A stretch of DNA of 24,204 bases from an uncultured archaeon (GTDB lineage Archaea > Asgardarchaeota > Lokiarchaeia > Sigyniarchaeales > Promethearchaeaceae): positions 1-24,204 of the forward strand of contig CAYRPF010000048.1 of the NCBI GenBank assembly GCA_964426185.1. Direction: 5' to 3'. Every line of letters begins with the position of its first letter. Positions within the stretch are counted from its first letter, which is position 1. The notes under the pieces were generated by a model. That model saw nothing but the letters and a program-made list of their open reading frames with translations. It did no database searches and had not been told where the DNA came from. Positions 1-8,928 of the stretch are shown here, one piece after another. A program made the translations under genes and the position numbers.

Positions 1-114
1 TAGGATCCCTGTTTAAGGTTAGGAATCTAGTTAAACGTTTAGGGCGGCTTCGAGACGGAATTGAACATTTTTTTGTTTAGTAAAATTATTTTATATTAAA
101 TGAATTGATTAATC

Positions 115-528
115 ATGGACAAAATCTTACCTAAATTCAAGTATCCTATGAATTTCCTCCCATGTGATGATTTAGAGTCGATTAGAGCATTTTACCATGA
201 CATTTTGGGCCTTAAAATTGCTTTAGAACAAGGTCCTTGTTTAATTTTCAAAGTCGGCGAGTCTCCGCATATTAGTTACTGGGGATTTTGCAGTCATTAT
301 ACAGAAAAAATCGGAAATCCCTCAAAGGTGTGCTTAACTTTAGTAGTCAATTCTGAAAAGGAAGTAAATGAATGGTATGACTTTTTAACAGCCAAAAATG
401 TTCAATGCACTAAAAAACCTGCGCAAAATATGCGATTTAAAATCTATCATGCATTCTTTTTGGATCCCGTCGGATATTCGGTAGAAATTCAATATTTTTA
501 TCCTGATGGTGAACCTTTATTTGTTTAG
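115..528 (+). CDS. VOC (glyoxalase/bleomycin resistance) family protein
   Basis: 137 aa with the VOC pattern 'DLESIRAFYHDILGL' near the N-terminus and 'AFFLDPVGYSVEIQ' near the C-terminus. Confidence 0.85.
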   Translation: MDKILPKFKYPMNFLPCDDLESIRAFYHDILGLKIALEQGPCLIFKVGESPHISYWGFCSHYTEKIGNPSKVCLTLVVNSEKEVNEWYDFLTAKNVQCTKKPAQNMRFKIYHAFFLDPVGYSVEIQYFYPDGEPLFV

Positions 529-547
529 GTTATAATGGTGAGCATTA

Positions 548-1492
548 TTGGCTTTTCGTGAAGAATTACTAAGTGAGGTTCCCGGCTTTAGCGATTGGAT
601 TGAAATTACCCCAATTACTAAAGGTTGGTCAATGGAATCTAAGTTTCGCGTGACAAATTCATCGGGACAGAATTTTTTAGTTCGATTATCAGATTTTGCT
701 GAATACGAAACCAAAAAGGTGCAATATGAAGATATTAGTAAATTATCGATTCAAGATGTGAGATTCTCTCAACCGGTAGCTTTCGGTTTAACAAAATCCA
801 AAAAATGTGTGTATACCATATTTAATTGGATTGACGGTAAAGATGCTTTAGATGTAATACCTATGCTTTCCAAGGCAGAACAATACAAACTGGGGCAGAT
901 TGCGGGTAGAACACTCCGAAAAATTCACGAAATTCCCGCACCCCCCGATCTTGAACCATGGTTTAGAAAATTTCGAAAAAAATTCTACTTTCGGCTTAAG
1001 CTCTATATCGATAACCCTATTAAATTTGATGAGAACGAACATCTCTTAAAATATCTTACAGAAAACTTAAATTTATTGAGATCTCGACCTCAAACTTTAC
1101 AGCATGGAGACTTTCATTTAGGAAACATGGTGATTTGCACTGATAATAAAAATCAATCGGAATCTCAGTTGGGTTTAATAGATTTTAACAGATTAAGTTA
1201 CGGAGATCCATGGGAGGAATTCGAACGGTCGATATTCACTGCACAAGTTAGCCCAGATTTTATAAATGGACAAATTCATGCCTATTTTAATGATAATGTT
1301 CCTGAATTATTTTTCCCAATAATGGCTGTTTATATTTCCTATAGCATAATAGCTTCTATTTCTTGGGCGGAACCGTTTGGATCTGAAGAAATTGAAAAAA
1401 TGCTGGAGTTGGGAAACTCTGTGATAAGGAGTTATGATGGATTTCGAAGTGTTATCCCCGATTGGTATGAGCAACCAAAAACACTTGATTGA
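548..1492 (+). CDS. Aminoglycoside phosphotransferase/choline kinase-like (APH) family protein
   Basis: 'ITKGWS..KFRV' N-lobe, Brenner motif 'HGDFHLGN', 'LIDF' Mg-binding motif and 'GDPWEEF'. TTG start is uncertain and the substrate is unknown. Confidence 0.85.
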   Translation: MAFREELLSEVPGFSDWIEITPITKGWSMESKFRVTNSSGQNFLVRLSDFAEYETKKVQYEDISKLSIQDVRFSQPVAFGLTKSKKCVYTIFNWIDGKDALDVIPMLSKAEQYKLGQIAGRTLRKIHEIPAPPDLEPWFRKFRKKFYFRLKLYIDNPIKFDENEHLLKYLTENLNLLRSRPQTLQHGDFHLGNMVICTDNKNQSESQLGLIDFNRLSYGDPWEEFERSIFTAQVSPDFINGQIHAYFNDNVPELFFPIMAVYISYSIIASISWAEPFGSEEIEKMLELGNSVIRSYDGFRSVIPDWYEQPKTLD

Positions 1493-1606
1493 ACATAAAT
1501 GTCGACCGAATTGACTTTGGTATTGCAAAATTGGACCAAGATGACTTGATTAGCTGGTTTAAGAAGTTTTTTTACCATATTTTGGTGCTCTTAACCCAAT
1601 AGAATT

Positions 1607-1654
1607 TTATGGGAAAAGCTTCAACTTCTTACTTATGGGTAAAGCTTTAATTTC
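1607..1654 (+). repeat. 22-nt imperfect direct repeat (19/22) spanning the start of the 2305-aa gene
   Basis: TTATGGGAAAAGCTTCAACTTC (1607-1628) vs TTATGGGTAAAGCTTTAATTTC (1633-1654). Confidence 0.6.
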
Positions 1655-4600
1655 GAAAAAATTCGGAAAGAAAAATTCAGGTCAAAAAATTTTTTTTTTT
1701 GCTTTTATATTTGTTTTAATTGTATCTCAACCAAATAACTCTCAAATTTTTCAATCTAGCGAAGATTTAAACCAAAAATCAGAAATAATAGAGAATGGGG
1801 ATCATATTAACCTTAACATCAATAATCAAACTAAATCTCCATTTTCAATGCCAAAAATAACTACTCCATCAGCTGCTACTGAAAACATAGTTCAACTGAA
1901 CGTTTCTCAATTTGATGTTCGGGAGGATATTGAAAGTATTACCCCAAAATCAGAGTTGAGTATTGATAATGAAAACTTAACTATTCAAATCCCTTCTGAT
2001 TGGAACTTACTATCTCATGAGCTAAACATAAGTGCTTTATACAAACCATGGCAAATGTTGCTAGATCAGAATGTTACTTTATCAGATGTCACGGTTCCTC
2101 GATCTCCATGGTATTTTGCTTCGAGCAATCATCCAGATTTGATAAATTGGGGTTTATATGGTGATTATCAAAACCAGATGCTAAACATTATAGGTACTTC
2201 CGCTGGTGGTATTGGCACAACAATTCCCGATAGTGCGCTTGCGGATTGGTATCAATGGCTTCAGAAACCTGATCCCAACTTAACGATATATGAGCGGGAA
2301 AAGCTATCGAGCGGACAAGTTCAATATCCCTTGTATAATGAATTTACTTCCGAACCAGATTGGGGAAATACTCAAGTGAATAATGAAAGCGGTAATGCGT
2401 GGCAAAAAAATTTAGATAATCCTTTTGGCGGTAAAAGTGGAACCACAACTAAGGATCTATTTTACGATGATGTGGATGACCAACTTGGGGCATACATACA
2501 TGCAGGTTCGAGCAATTTCACATTAGGAAATCCTTCAATCGGGTATCAAGTCAATTTCAGTGATCCAACAGCACCCGATTTCATTCCTAAGCAATTTATA
2601 CTTTCATTTGCATGGAGTATCGTAGATTCTGATTATGAAGCTTCTGATAATTTATCGGTAATAGTCAAAGTGGACGGGCAATATATTGACGGAAGGTTTG
2701 ATATCGATGGTAATTTTTATCCCAATGCAACTCAATGGTCGGTAGAAAACAGTATCAATAATTCAGAATATTTAGAGCATGATATGATCGTTCGCTCTTA
2801 TGATATTACAAATTTAATCGATACCACCAAAGTTAACCATACTGTAGAATTCGGCATTTGGTTTGAAGGGATAAATGAAACAAATGATGAAGTTGAGGTT
2901 TATTTTGGAGGGATAGCTGTCGCAGCGGTGGAAGAAGATCAATATAAAATTGGGGATTTTGATTTTGATTTATCCATAGATTTTCCCGCAATAAAAGATG
3001 TGAGATATTGGTATCTATTTTCTTATTTCTCAGATGGGATTGATGATATTTTTGTGCCAATTGGATTACTTACCGATATTTTTGGATTAACTACTCAAGG
3101 GACAACTCGAATTCACTTGAATCTCACAACCAGATTGAAATATTTCCTAGATTCTGACACCTCACTCATGGCTTTGGGAATAATTAATGTCGGAGGTTCA
3201 CGTCCAGCCCCTTCAAGTGACTTTTACGTTAGTTTTGACAATCTTTCACTTTCACCCTTTTACATGACCCAAAACTTCTCTAAAGCTGGATTCCAGATAT
3301 ATAACGGTACGGATTGGGAAGAAATAAATTCTAATCTCCTTAACCCGATTAACCCAATTATAAATCAAAATTTAACTCTACAATTTCGAACGACTAACAG
3401 CAGCTATAAGAATTCTATCTTAGCATTTGAAAGTTCTTTACGAATTACCCGCACCCGCATAAATGATAGCTACGCTTCTTATTACATTGATGATGTTCAG
3501 GCAGATATGATTCCAATTATTAATTGGAATGTGACATTCAACAATACAAATACATTTGAACAATACGCTAATAATGACTACTATAATTTCGATCCCGTTG
3601 AGTATAATTTCACAATTATTGATCTACCTGCATGGGATAATCTGGGTAATGCTTCCGAGGATTGGAATTGGATTTCGGGAAAAGATCCGCTCGGTAACAT
3701 TCCGGATTATTCCAGTGCAGTTAGAAGGAATGGAACCAATAATTCGGGACTACTACAGAATGCAACTGTTCAAGATGCCACCAAACAAATGGGTGATGGG
3801 AATAATTCATGGTTTATTAATGGTACTTGGACTCTTCAATTTACATCTAAAAATTATATTGAATCTGTGGGAATTAGGCATATATCTGGAAGTTCTTCCC
3901 AATTTTATAGCGGTAATTCGACTATAATAACAGTAAATCGTACGGGACCAGGCGGTCTTATTGGAACTTATAATATCACAATCAAAAATGCAACTGGAGA
4001 TATGATATCCGGTTTTCCACAATTTATCCAATCTTCTTCAAATGTATCCGATCCATGGATTGTTCAAGATTTTGGAGTTGGAAATTATCAGATTATCGGA
4101 TTTTGGAATGATTCTGGGGCGTCTTCAGGTCAAATCACTCGGGTGGGGATAAAAATTTCCACGTTCGGGCTTTGGAGAAAATCCCAAGCTTCTCTGCTAT
4201 TGGTTCCCGATCCTCTAAATTCAGGAGACAAAGGGTCTTTTTACTTAAACTTTTCTGAAATAGATGGAACACCAATCAGTGGAGCAGAAGATTATATTCA
4301 ATTACATGTAAATTCAACTGATTCGATTTGGGGTTTGGATTGGCCACCGTATCAATCATTGGTGGAATCTGTAGTTGAAAATTCTAGTTTAAATGCGGAG
4401 GGGAATTATACATTAACTTTTAGAACCCGTTCAGTTCCAACGGGAAATTATTTAGTTTATATTAGAATACGAATGCCCTTCTATGAGTTTCAGCGCCTTG
4501 ATAATGCTTGGATAAACATTTCTGGGTACGAGATAGATTTTGAATTTCTTTCAGGTGGTTTTAACATTTCAAGATATTTCGGTTATGTATTTTCCAACAA

Positions 4601-7600
4601 TTTACCAATTGTAAACGATACCAGTCACTCAGTATTCGAAATAAAAATTACAAATCATACTAACGCTAATCCCTTGGAAAACGGAATTGTTTCTGGTACT
4701 TTTAATGGGTCTGAAAATGTGTTTTATGGGGAAGAAATCTATCGAGAAACTCAGAATGAAGCAGATAAGGGTAAATATCGTATCTATATTGATGGAACAG
4801 GACTTAACACCACAAATTTACCTGAATTTAATAATTACACTCTTACTTTAACGGTATCTGTGGATGGGTATAACTCTACCTACATGAAATTATCCACTCG
4901 AGTACTTCCCGTAATTACCCAATTAACAGCAGATGAATTAACTCCTACATACGAGGGAGGAGAATTCCAAGTTTATGTTTCCTATCAAAATTTTAATGAC
5001 CCAGGATCTCCTCTTCCATTAAACAACGCCTCTATTGGTTGGTTTTTAAAGGATTACGGAACCAGCACTGTAATTACCTCAGGGACACTTGATTTTGTAC
5101 TCTCAGGTGTTTATAAGGCATCAATTTTACTAAATACAGAATCCTATTATATCTCTCCTGGTCATTATTCGCTTGAAATCAACGCTACTCAACGAAATTG
5201 CGCAAATGCTACATGGCTTCAAACCGACATTGAAGTATTATCAAAGTACAACACTACTCTCCAAATTGCTGTTAATGATCTAATTCAAATTGGCTCAGAC
5301 TTAAATATTAGGGTAAATTTAACGTATGAAAACGGTACAGTCTTCCAAAATACTGAAGTTTCTATTCAAATCAATTATACAGGAGAAGAACCATTTAATG
5401 TTGTTAGTGTGACTAATAATGAAGGAATTGCCAGTTATACTCAGACAGTTCCAACCCAATATGCTGAGAAAAATGTTTCGATTAAGGCGGTATATGCGGG
5501 AACTTCAGAAATACGCTCTAGCTCCGCGGTGATTTTAAATAAATATGTAAAAGGTAAAAATGCCGTAAACCTGACCATCCAATCTTCTTCAACAATTCAA
5601 GTGGGTTATACAGTCACCCTTACCGGCCAACTAACCATCGAAGGATTTGAACAATATACCGATATTTTTGTTACGATCGCAGCTTGGTATGATCGAGATA
5701 GTCAAAATCTCTTCTTCTTGCAGCAAGTTTATCCCAATACCGATGGCAGTTATCAATTTATTACTCCTGAAATAGAAGATGGTCATCAAGATATCACATT
5801 CTTCGTGGATTATGCAGGAACTGAAACCGAAGAGTATGCGAGTGATCAAATTGGACCGTTAACCGTTTTAGGAAAGTGGGAGACAAATTTTTCGATTTCA
5901 AATGTCAGTTCAAATATCCGAATTGGCCAAACAATTTCATTTGATATACAAGCAAGTTTTCTGAATGTATCATCTACTGAAACACTATATGGGGCATCAT
6001 TTTTCATATATTTTGATTATCCAGGACAGCATTTAATCACCGAATATTATCTCGATGAATTCAACCATACCACAGTAGAATTTATCATTCCTCAAGATTG
6101 CGGCAGCTACCTAAATATTACGATTAATTATGCAGGAACTTCCAAAATTGCTCCCTTTTCTATAAGCACCCAATATTCAGTCTTGCCAAAGTGGAACATA
6201 ACTCTTTCAATGCAAAATATTGATGGATTTACCCGAATTGGGCAAATAATTCAATTCAACATTACTGTTTCTTACGATAATTCCTCTGAATTCACCATGG
6301 ATTTATTACAAGGGAACAAATTCTTTGTAATATATCAATACTTAGGTAGCAATCCGATTTTTACCGAAAATATCTTCTCAACATCAATTTATTATGAAAT
6401 TTCTTACGAAATCCCTCAAGACTGTGGCAATTTATTAAATATGACATTGCTTTTTCAAGAAGATGATAAAATATTACTCTTTAATTATACATATACCATT
6501 CCTATCGCGCCTAAATGGGCGGTAACTCTGAATTTACAAGATATTTCTTCGATACTTAGAATTGGGCAAACTATTTCTATGAATATTTCGGTAGAAAATA
6601 ATGAAACTGGATTTAATATGAATATGCTCCAAGGAAATAAATTTTTTGTGATTTATCAATATTTGGGCAGTAATCAAATCTTTACAGATTATATTTTTTC
6701 TACTTCCCAAGTTTATGAAATAGAATACTTAATTTCCCAAGATTGTGGATCTTTTTTGAATATAACACTTCTATTTCAAGGAGATGCATATTTTCAAGAA
6801 TATAATCATACATTTACCTTAAATATTCTTCCAAAATGGTCTCCACACCTTCAAATTGATGATCTTCCAAACAACCTCAGACAAGGCCAAAGATTTGAAA
6901 TTAATATTGTAGGAAACTTTACCGAAGGAAACAGTACCGCCCAGATTTCTGAAGTATCAATTTCAATTTCCATCACTTTCGGAAATATAATCAGCACATT
7001 CAATTTTACTTTTGACAAATCTGGTTTGATTTCATTTAATTATAGCATTCCAGTTGCTGATGCCCAAAATCTAGAAATCTCTCTAAATACAATTGAAACG
7101 CAAACAATTGGGGTTTTTCAAGCATTCATTTCAACCGAGATTCTACCGCAGATGGATACTCGTATAGTTATATTGGGAACTACCTTTCAACAAGATTACA
7201 TAGGAGAATTTTCCATTAAAGCAAAACTACTAGACCAAGATGAGAACCCAGTTATAGGACAAAGATTGTGGTTTTTATTGAAAGATAGCAGTAATTCGAT
7301 GATTACTAACAAAAGCGCTATAACTAATGAAGAAGGAATCGCAGTTACCGCCTTCCAAATTGATTCTGTGGGAGAATATTCCATTGAACCTGTCTTTACG
7401 GGAAAGTCAATATTTAAAGCAGCCTCGATTGCATCAAATACTGCCGAAATTTATTCTGTTCGGGTTATAAATGTATGGATTCAATTAATGGATAATATTA
7501 TGCAGATTTCAATTGCTTTAGGGGCAATGATTGCCCTATCTGCTGTATACTATCGTGGATATTATATTCCAAAAAAGAAAAAACAAATTGCTGCCTTGAT

Positions 7601-8552
7601 GGAGATGCACCAACGCTTTGTTGATATTGAAAACTTGCAATATTTAATGATCATTCATAAAAATACTGGATTATCCATATTTTCACAAGCTTTTACAGAA
7701 ATACCAATCGACGAGAATCTCATTAGCGGTTTTCTCTCTGCAATTTCTTCTTTTGGAAAGGAAATCGGAGATAAAGTATCTCATTCTTCCGAAATCGGTT
7801 TTGAAAATGCAGCTCCTGCCTCAATTCCAGCTAAACCCGTGGGTTTAGAAGAATTAGCTTATAAACAATTTAAAATTGTGGTAATTGAGGGAGAATATAT
7901 TCGAACGGCTGTGTTATTACTGAAATCCGCAAGTGTATCTTTAAAGAGTAAAATAAAAAATTTCAACCAAGCATTTGAAGCAGAAAATCAAGAATTACTA
8001 ACTAACTGGTCTGGAAAACAACTTGATCCTGAACCAATAGTTAGAATAATTGAAATTTATCTGTTTGCGGATTTATTATATGAACATCGGTTAGCTCAGA
8101 GTAAAGTACCTCAATTTGTAAGAAGTTTAAACCGCAAATCTATTAAAAATTTAATCATCCAAGAGGCGGAAAACAAATTCAATAATTCATTTAAAGTTAG
8201 AGAGATGATTATTGCCTTAACTGCCTATGGTAAAAAAGATGTAGATACATTTAATGCTATTAATGAACTTCGTGAAGAAGGGATTGTATTCGCTATTAAT
8301 TCTAGAACAAGGCAGCTGATTGAACAATTTAAACCACTGATTCAACCACTAACAAAAGAGCAAAGGCAGACTTTGATTGCTATTGGTAAGGGAATTCGTG
8401 ATAATGCCAAAATTGAAAAAGAAACTAAGATTCCCCTAATTATTCCAGTGTTAACTGCATTACAGCGCATGGAATTAGTCACAGAGAACAATGATTTAAC
8501 AGAACAAGGCGAAATAATTACAACTTTGCTTAGCTTAATTCCTGATATTTAA
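1635..8552 (+). CDS. Giant cell-surface glycoprotein/receptor-like protein: signal segment, beta-rich ectodomain with Ig-like repeats, single TM, cytoplasmic longin-like domain and winged-helix-like tail
   Basis: Basic N-terminus followed by hydrophobic 'IFFFAFIFVLIV'; many N-x-S/T sequons; ~105-aa repeats; TM 'IMQISIALGAMIALSAVYY' followed by 'PKKKK'; longin-like 'YLMIIHKNTGLSIFSQ...DENLISGFLSAISSFGKEI...EELAYKQFKIVVIEGEYIRTAVLL'. Confidence 0.8.
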   Translation: MGKALISKKFGKKNSGQKIFFFAFIFVLIVSQPNNSQIFQSSEDLNQKSEIIENGDHINLNINNQTKSPFSMPKITTPSAATENIVQLNVSQFDVREDIESITPKSELSIDNENLTIQIPSDWNLLSHELNISALYKPWQMLLDQNVTLSDVTVPRSPWYFASSNHPDLINWGLYGDYQNQMLNIIGTSAGGIGTTIPDSALADWYQWLQKPDPNLTIYEREKLSSGQVQYPLYNEFTSEPDWGNTQVNNESGNAWQKNLDNPFGGKSGTTTKDLFYDDVDDQLGAYIHAGSSNFTLGNPSIGYQVNFSDPTAPDFIPKQFILSFAWSIVDSDYEASDNLSVIVKVDGQYIDGRFDIDGNFYPNATQWSVENSINNSEYLEHDMIVRSYDITNLIDTTKVNHTVEFGIWFEGINETNDEVEVYFGGIAVAAVEEDQYKIGDFDFDLSIDFPAIKDVRYWYLFSYFSDGIDDIFVPIGLLTDIFGLTTQGTTRIHLNLTTRLKYFLDSDTSLMALGIINVGGSRPAPSSDFYVSFDNLSLSPFYMTQNFSKAGFQIYNGTDWEEINSNLLNPINPIINQNLTLQFRTTNSSYKNSILAFESSLRITRTRINDSYASYYIDDVQADMIPIINWNVTFNNTNTFEQYANNDYYNFDPVEYNFTIIDLPAWDNLGNASEDWNWISGKDPLGNIPDYSSAVRRNGTNNSGLLQNATVQDATKQMGDGNNSWFINGTWTLQFTSKNYIESVGIRHISGSSSQFYSGNSTIITVNRTGPGGLIGTYNITIKNATGDMISGFPQFIQSSSNVSDPWIVQDFGVGNYQIIGFWNDSGASSGQITRVGIKISTFGLWRKSQASLLLVPDPLNSGDKGSFYLNFSEIDGTPISGAEDYIQLHVNSTDSIWGLDWPPYQSLVESVVENSSLNAEGNYTLTFRTRSVPTGNYLVYIRIRMPFYEFQRLDNAWINISGYEIDFEFLSGGFNISRYFGYVFSNNLPIVNDTSHSVFEIKITNHTNANPLENGIVSGTFNGSENVFYGEEIYRETQNEADKGKYRIYIDGTGLNTTNLPEFNNYTLTLTVSVDGYNSTYMKLSTRVLPVITQLTADELTPTYEGGEFQVYVSYQNFNDPGSPLPLNNASIGWFLKDYGTSTVITSGTLDFVLSGVYKASILLNTESYYISPGHYSLEINATQRNCANATWLQTDIEVLSKYNTTLQIAVNDLIQIGSDLNIRVNLTYENGTVFQNTEVSIQINYTGEEPFNVVSVTNNEGIASYTQTVPTQYAEKNVSIKAVYAGTSEIRSSSAVILNKYVKGKNAVNLTIQSSSTIQVGYTVTLTGQLTIEGFEQYTDIFVTIAAWYDRDSQNLFFLQQVYPNTDGSYQFITPEIEDGHQDITFFVDYAGTETEEYASDQIGPLTVLGKWETNFSISNVSSNIRIGQTISFDIQASFLNVSSTETLYGASFFIYFDYPGQHLITEYYLDEFNHTTVEFIIPQDCGSYLNITINYAGTSKIAPFSISTQYSVLPKWNITLSMQNIDGFTRIGQIIQFNITVSYDNSSEFTMDLLQGNKFFVIYQYLGSNPIFTENIFSTSIYYEISYEIPQDCGNLLNMTLLFQEDDKILLFNYTYTIPIAPKWAVTLNLQDISSILRIGQTISMNISVENNETGFNMNMLQGNKFFVIYQYLGSNQIFTDYIFSTSQVYEIEYLISQDCGSFLNITLLFQGDAYFQEYNHTFTLNILPKWSPHLQIDDLPNNLRQGQRFEINIVGNFTEGNSTAQISEVSISISITFGNIISTFNFTFDKSGLISFNYSIPVADAQNLEISLNTIETQTIGVFQAFISTEILPQMDTRIVILGTTFQQDYIGEFSIKAKLLDQDENPVIGQRLWFLLKDSSNSMITNKSAITNEEGIAVTAFQIDSVGEYSIEPVFTGKSIFKAASIASNTAEIYSVRVINVWIQLMDNIMQISIALGAMIALSAVYYRGYYIPKKKKQIAALMEMHQRFVDIENLQYLMIIHKNTGLSIFSQAFTEIPIDENLISGFLSAISSFGKEIGDKVSHSSEIGFENAAPASIPAKPVGLEELAYKQFKIVVIEGEYIRTAVLLLKSASVSLKSKIKNFNQAFEAENQELLTNWSGKQLDPEPIVRIIEIYLFADLLYEHRLAQSKVPQFVRSLNRKSIKNLIIQEAENKFNNSFKVREMIIALTAYGKKDVDTFNAINELREEGIVFAINSRTRQLIEQFKPLIQPLTKEQRQTLIAIGKGIRDNAKIEKETKIPLIIPVLTALQRMELVTENNDLTEQGEIITTLLSLIPDI
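4900..7470 (+). repeat. About 8 tandem ~105-aa Ig-like (beta-sandwich) protein repeats
   Basis: Boundary motifs VLPVIT (~4902), LSKYNT (5238), KGKNAV (~5550), LGKWET (5868), LPKWNI (6183), APKWAV (6507), LPKWSP (6828) and LPQMDT (7143), spaced roughly 312-336 nt. Recurrent RIGQ, QDCG and YAGT motifs. Confidence 0.75.
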
Positions 8553-8603
8553 ACTATTTGATGAATTAGAAGATTTCTCATTTTTCTTTTTTCATCTCAC
8601 ATT

Positions 8604-8888
8604 TTAACACACCAATATATCCAACAAAGGAGAATTTAGAATTTGAGTATTTAGGAATGAATATTGAAAGTTATGGTGAATAGTAATTGAGTCCAATATC
8701 GTCGGATTATTTTGACAGATGATACAGGCTCGAATTCGCTTCTCGATACTTTCGACCGTTTTCGGCCCTGTTAATACAAGAGAATTCGAAAGCAAACTAT
8801 TTTTATGTTCTGCAAGATTATTTTGGATGTGTTTTAATGCGTAAAGATGTATAACTTCTCCTAACGCTGCGCTAACAGGAGTATCCAA
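8604..8888 (-). CDS. Possible small hypothetical protein (94 aa)
   Basis: TTG start with weak AAGGA upstream; fills the gap downstream of the operon; contains CxxC ('CIIC'). No recognisable family. Confidence 0.25.
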   Translation of the reverse strand: MDTPVSAALGEVIHLYALKHIQNNLAEHKNSLLSNSLVLTGPKTVESIEKRIRACIICQNNPTILDSITIHHNFQYSFLNTQILNSPLLDILVC

Positions 8889-8897
8889 ATTGATCCT

Positions 8898-8928
8898 TGA
8901 ATTTTAAAATTCATCAACTATTTTTTTT
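8898..8928. other. Perfect 16-bp palindrome TGAATTTTAAAATTCA (8898-8913) next to a T-run; possible terminator or protein-binding site
   Basis: Lies directly 3' of the 786-aa gene stop. It is AT-rich, so chance occurrence is possible. Confidence 0.3.

Noticed and set aside
37-66. CRISPR array
   Set aside because: Only one repeat-like 30-mer, no second copy seen and no cas genes in the window.
41-70. tRNA on the minus strand (GTTCAATTCC T-loop-like)
   Set aside because: Flanked by an A-run with no T-stem, and no cloverleaf can be formed.
548-1492. Bona fide antibiotic resistance gene
   Set aside because: Only generic APH/kinase-like motifs are visible; the substrate cannot be inferred.
517-7384. 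Short ORFs 517-714, 848-1042, 1307-1528, 2833-3060, 3556-3927, 3807-4031, 5631-5849, 7196-7384
   Set aside because: Shadow or alternate-frame ORFs overlapping well-supported genes, with no motifs.
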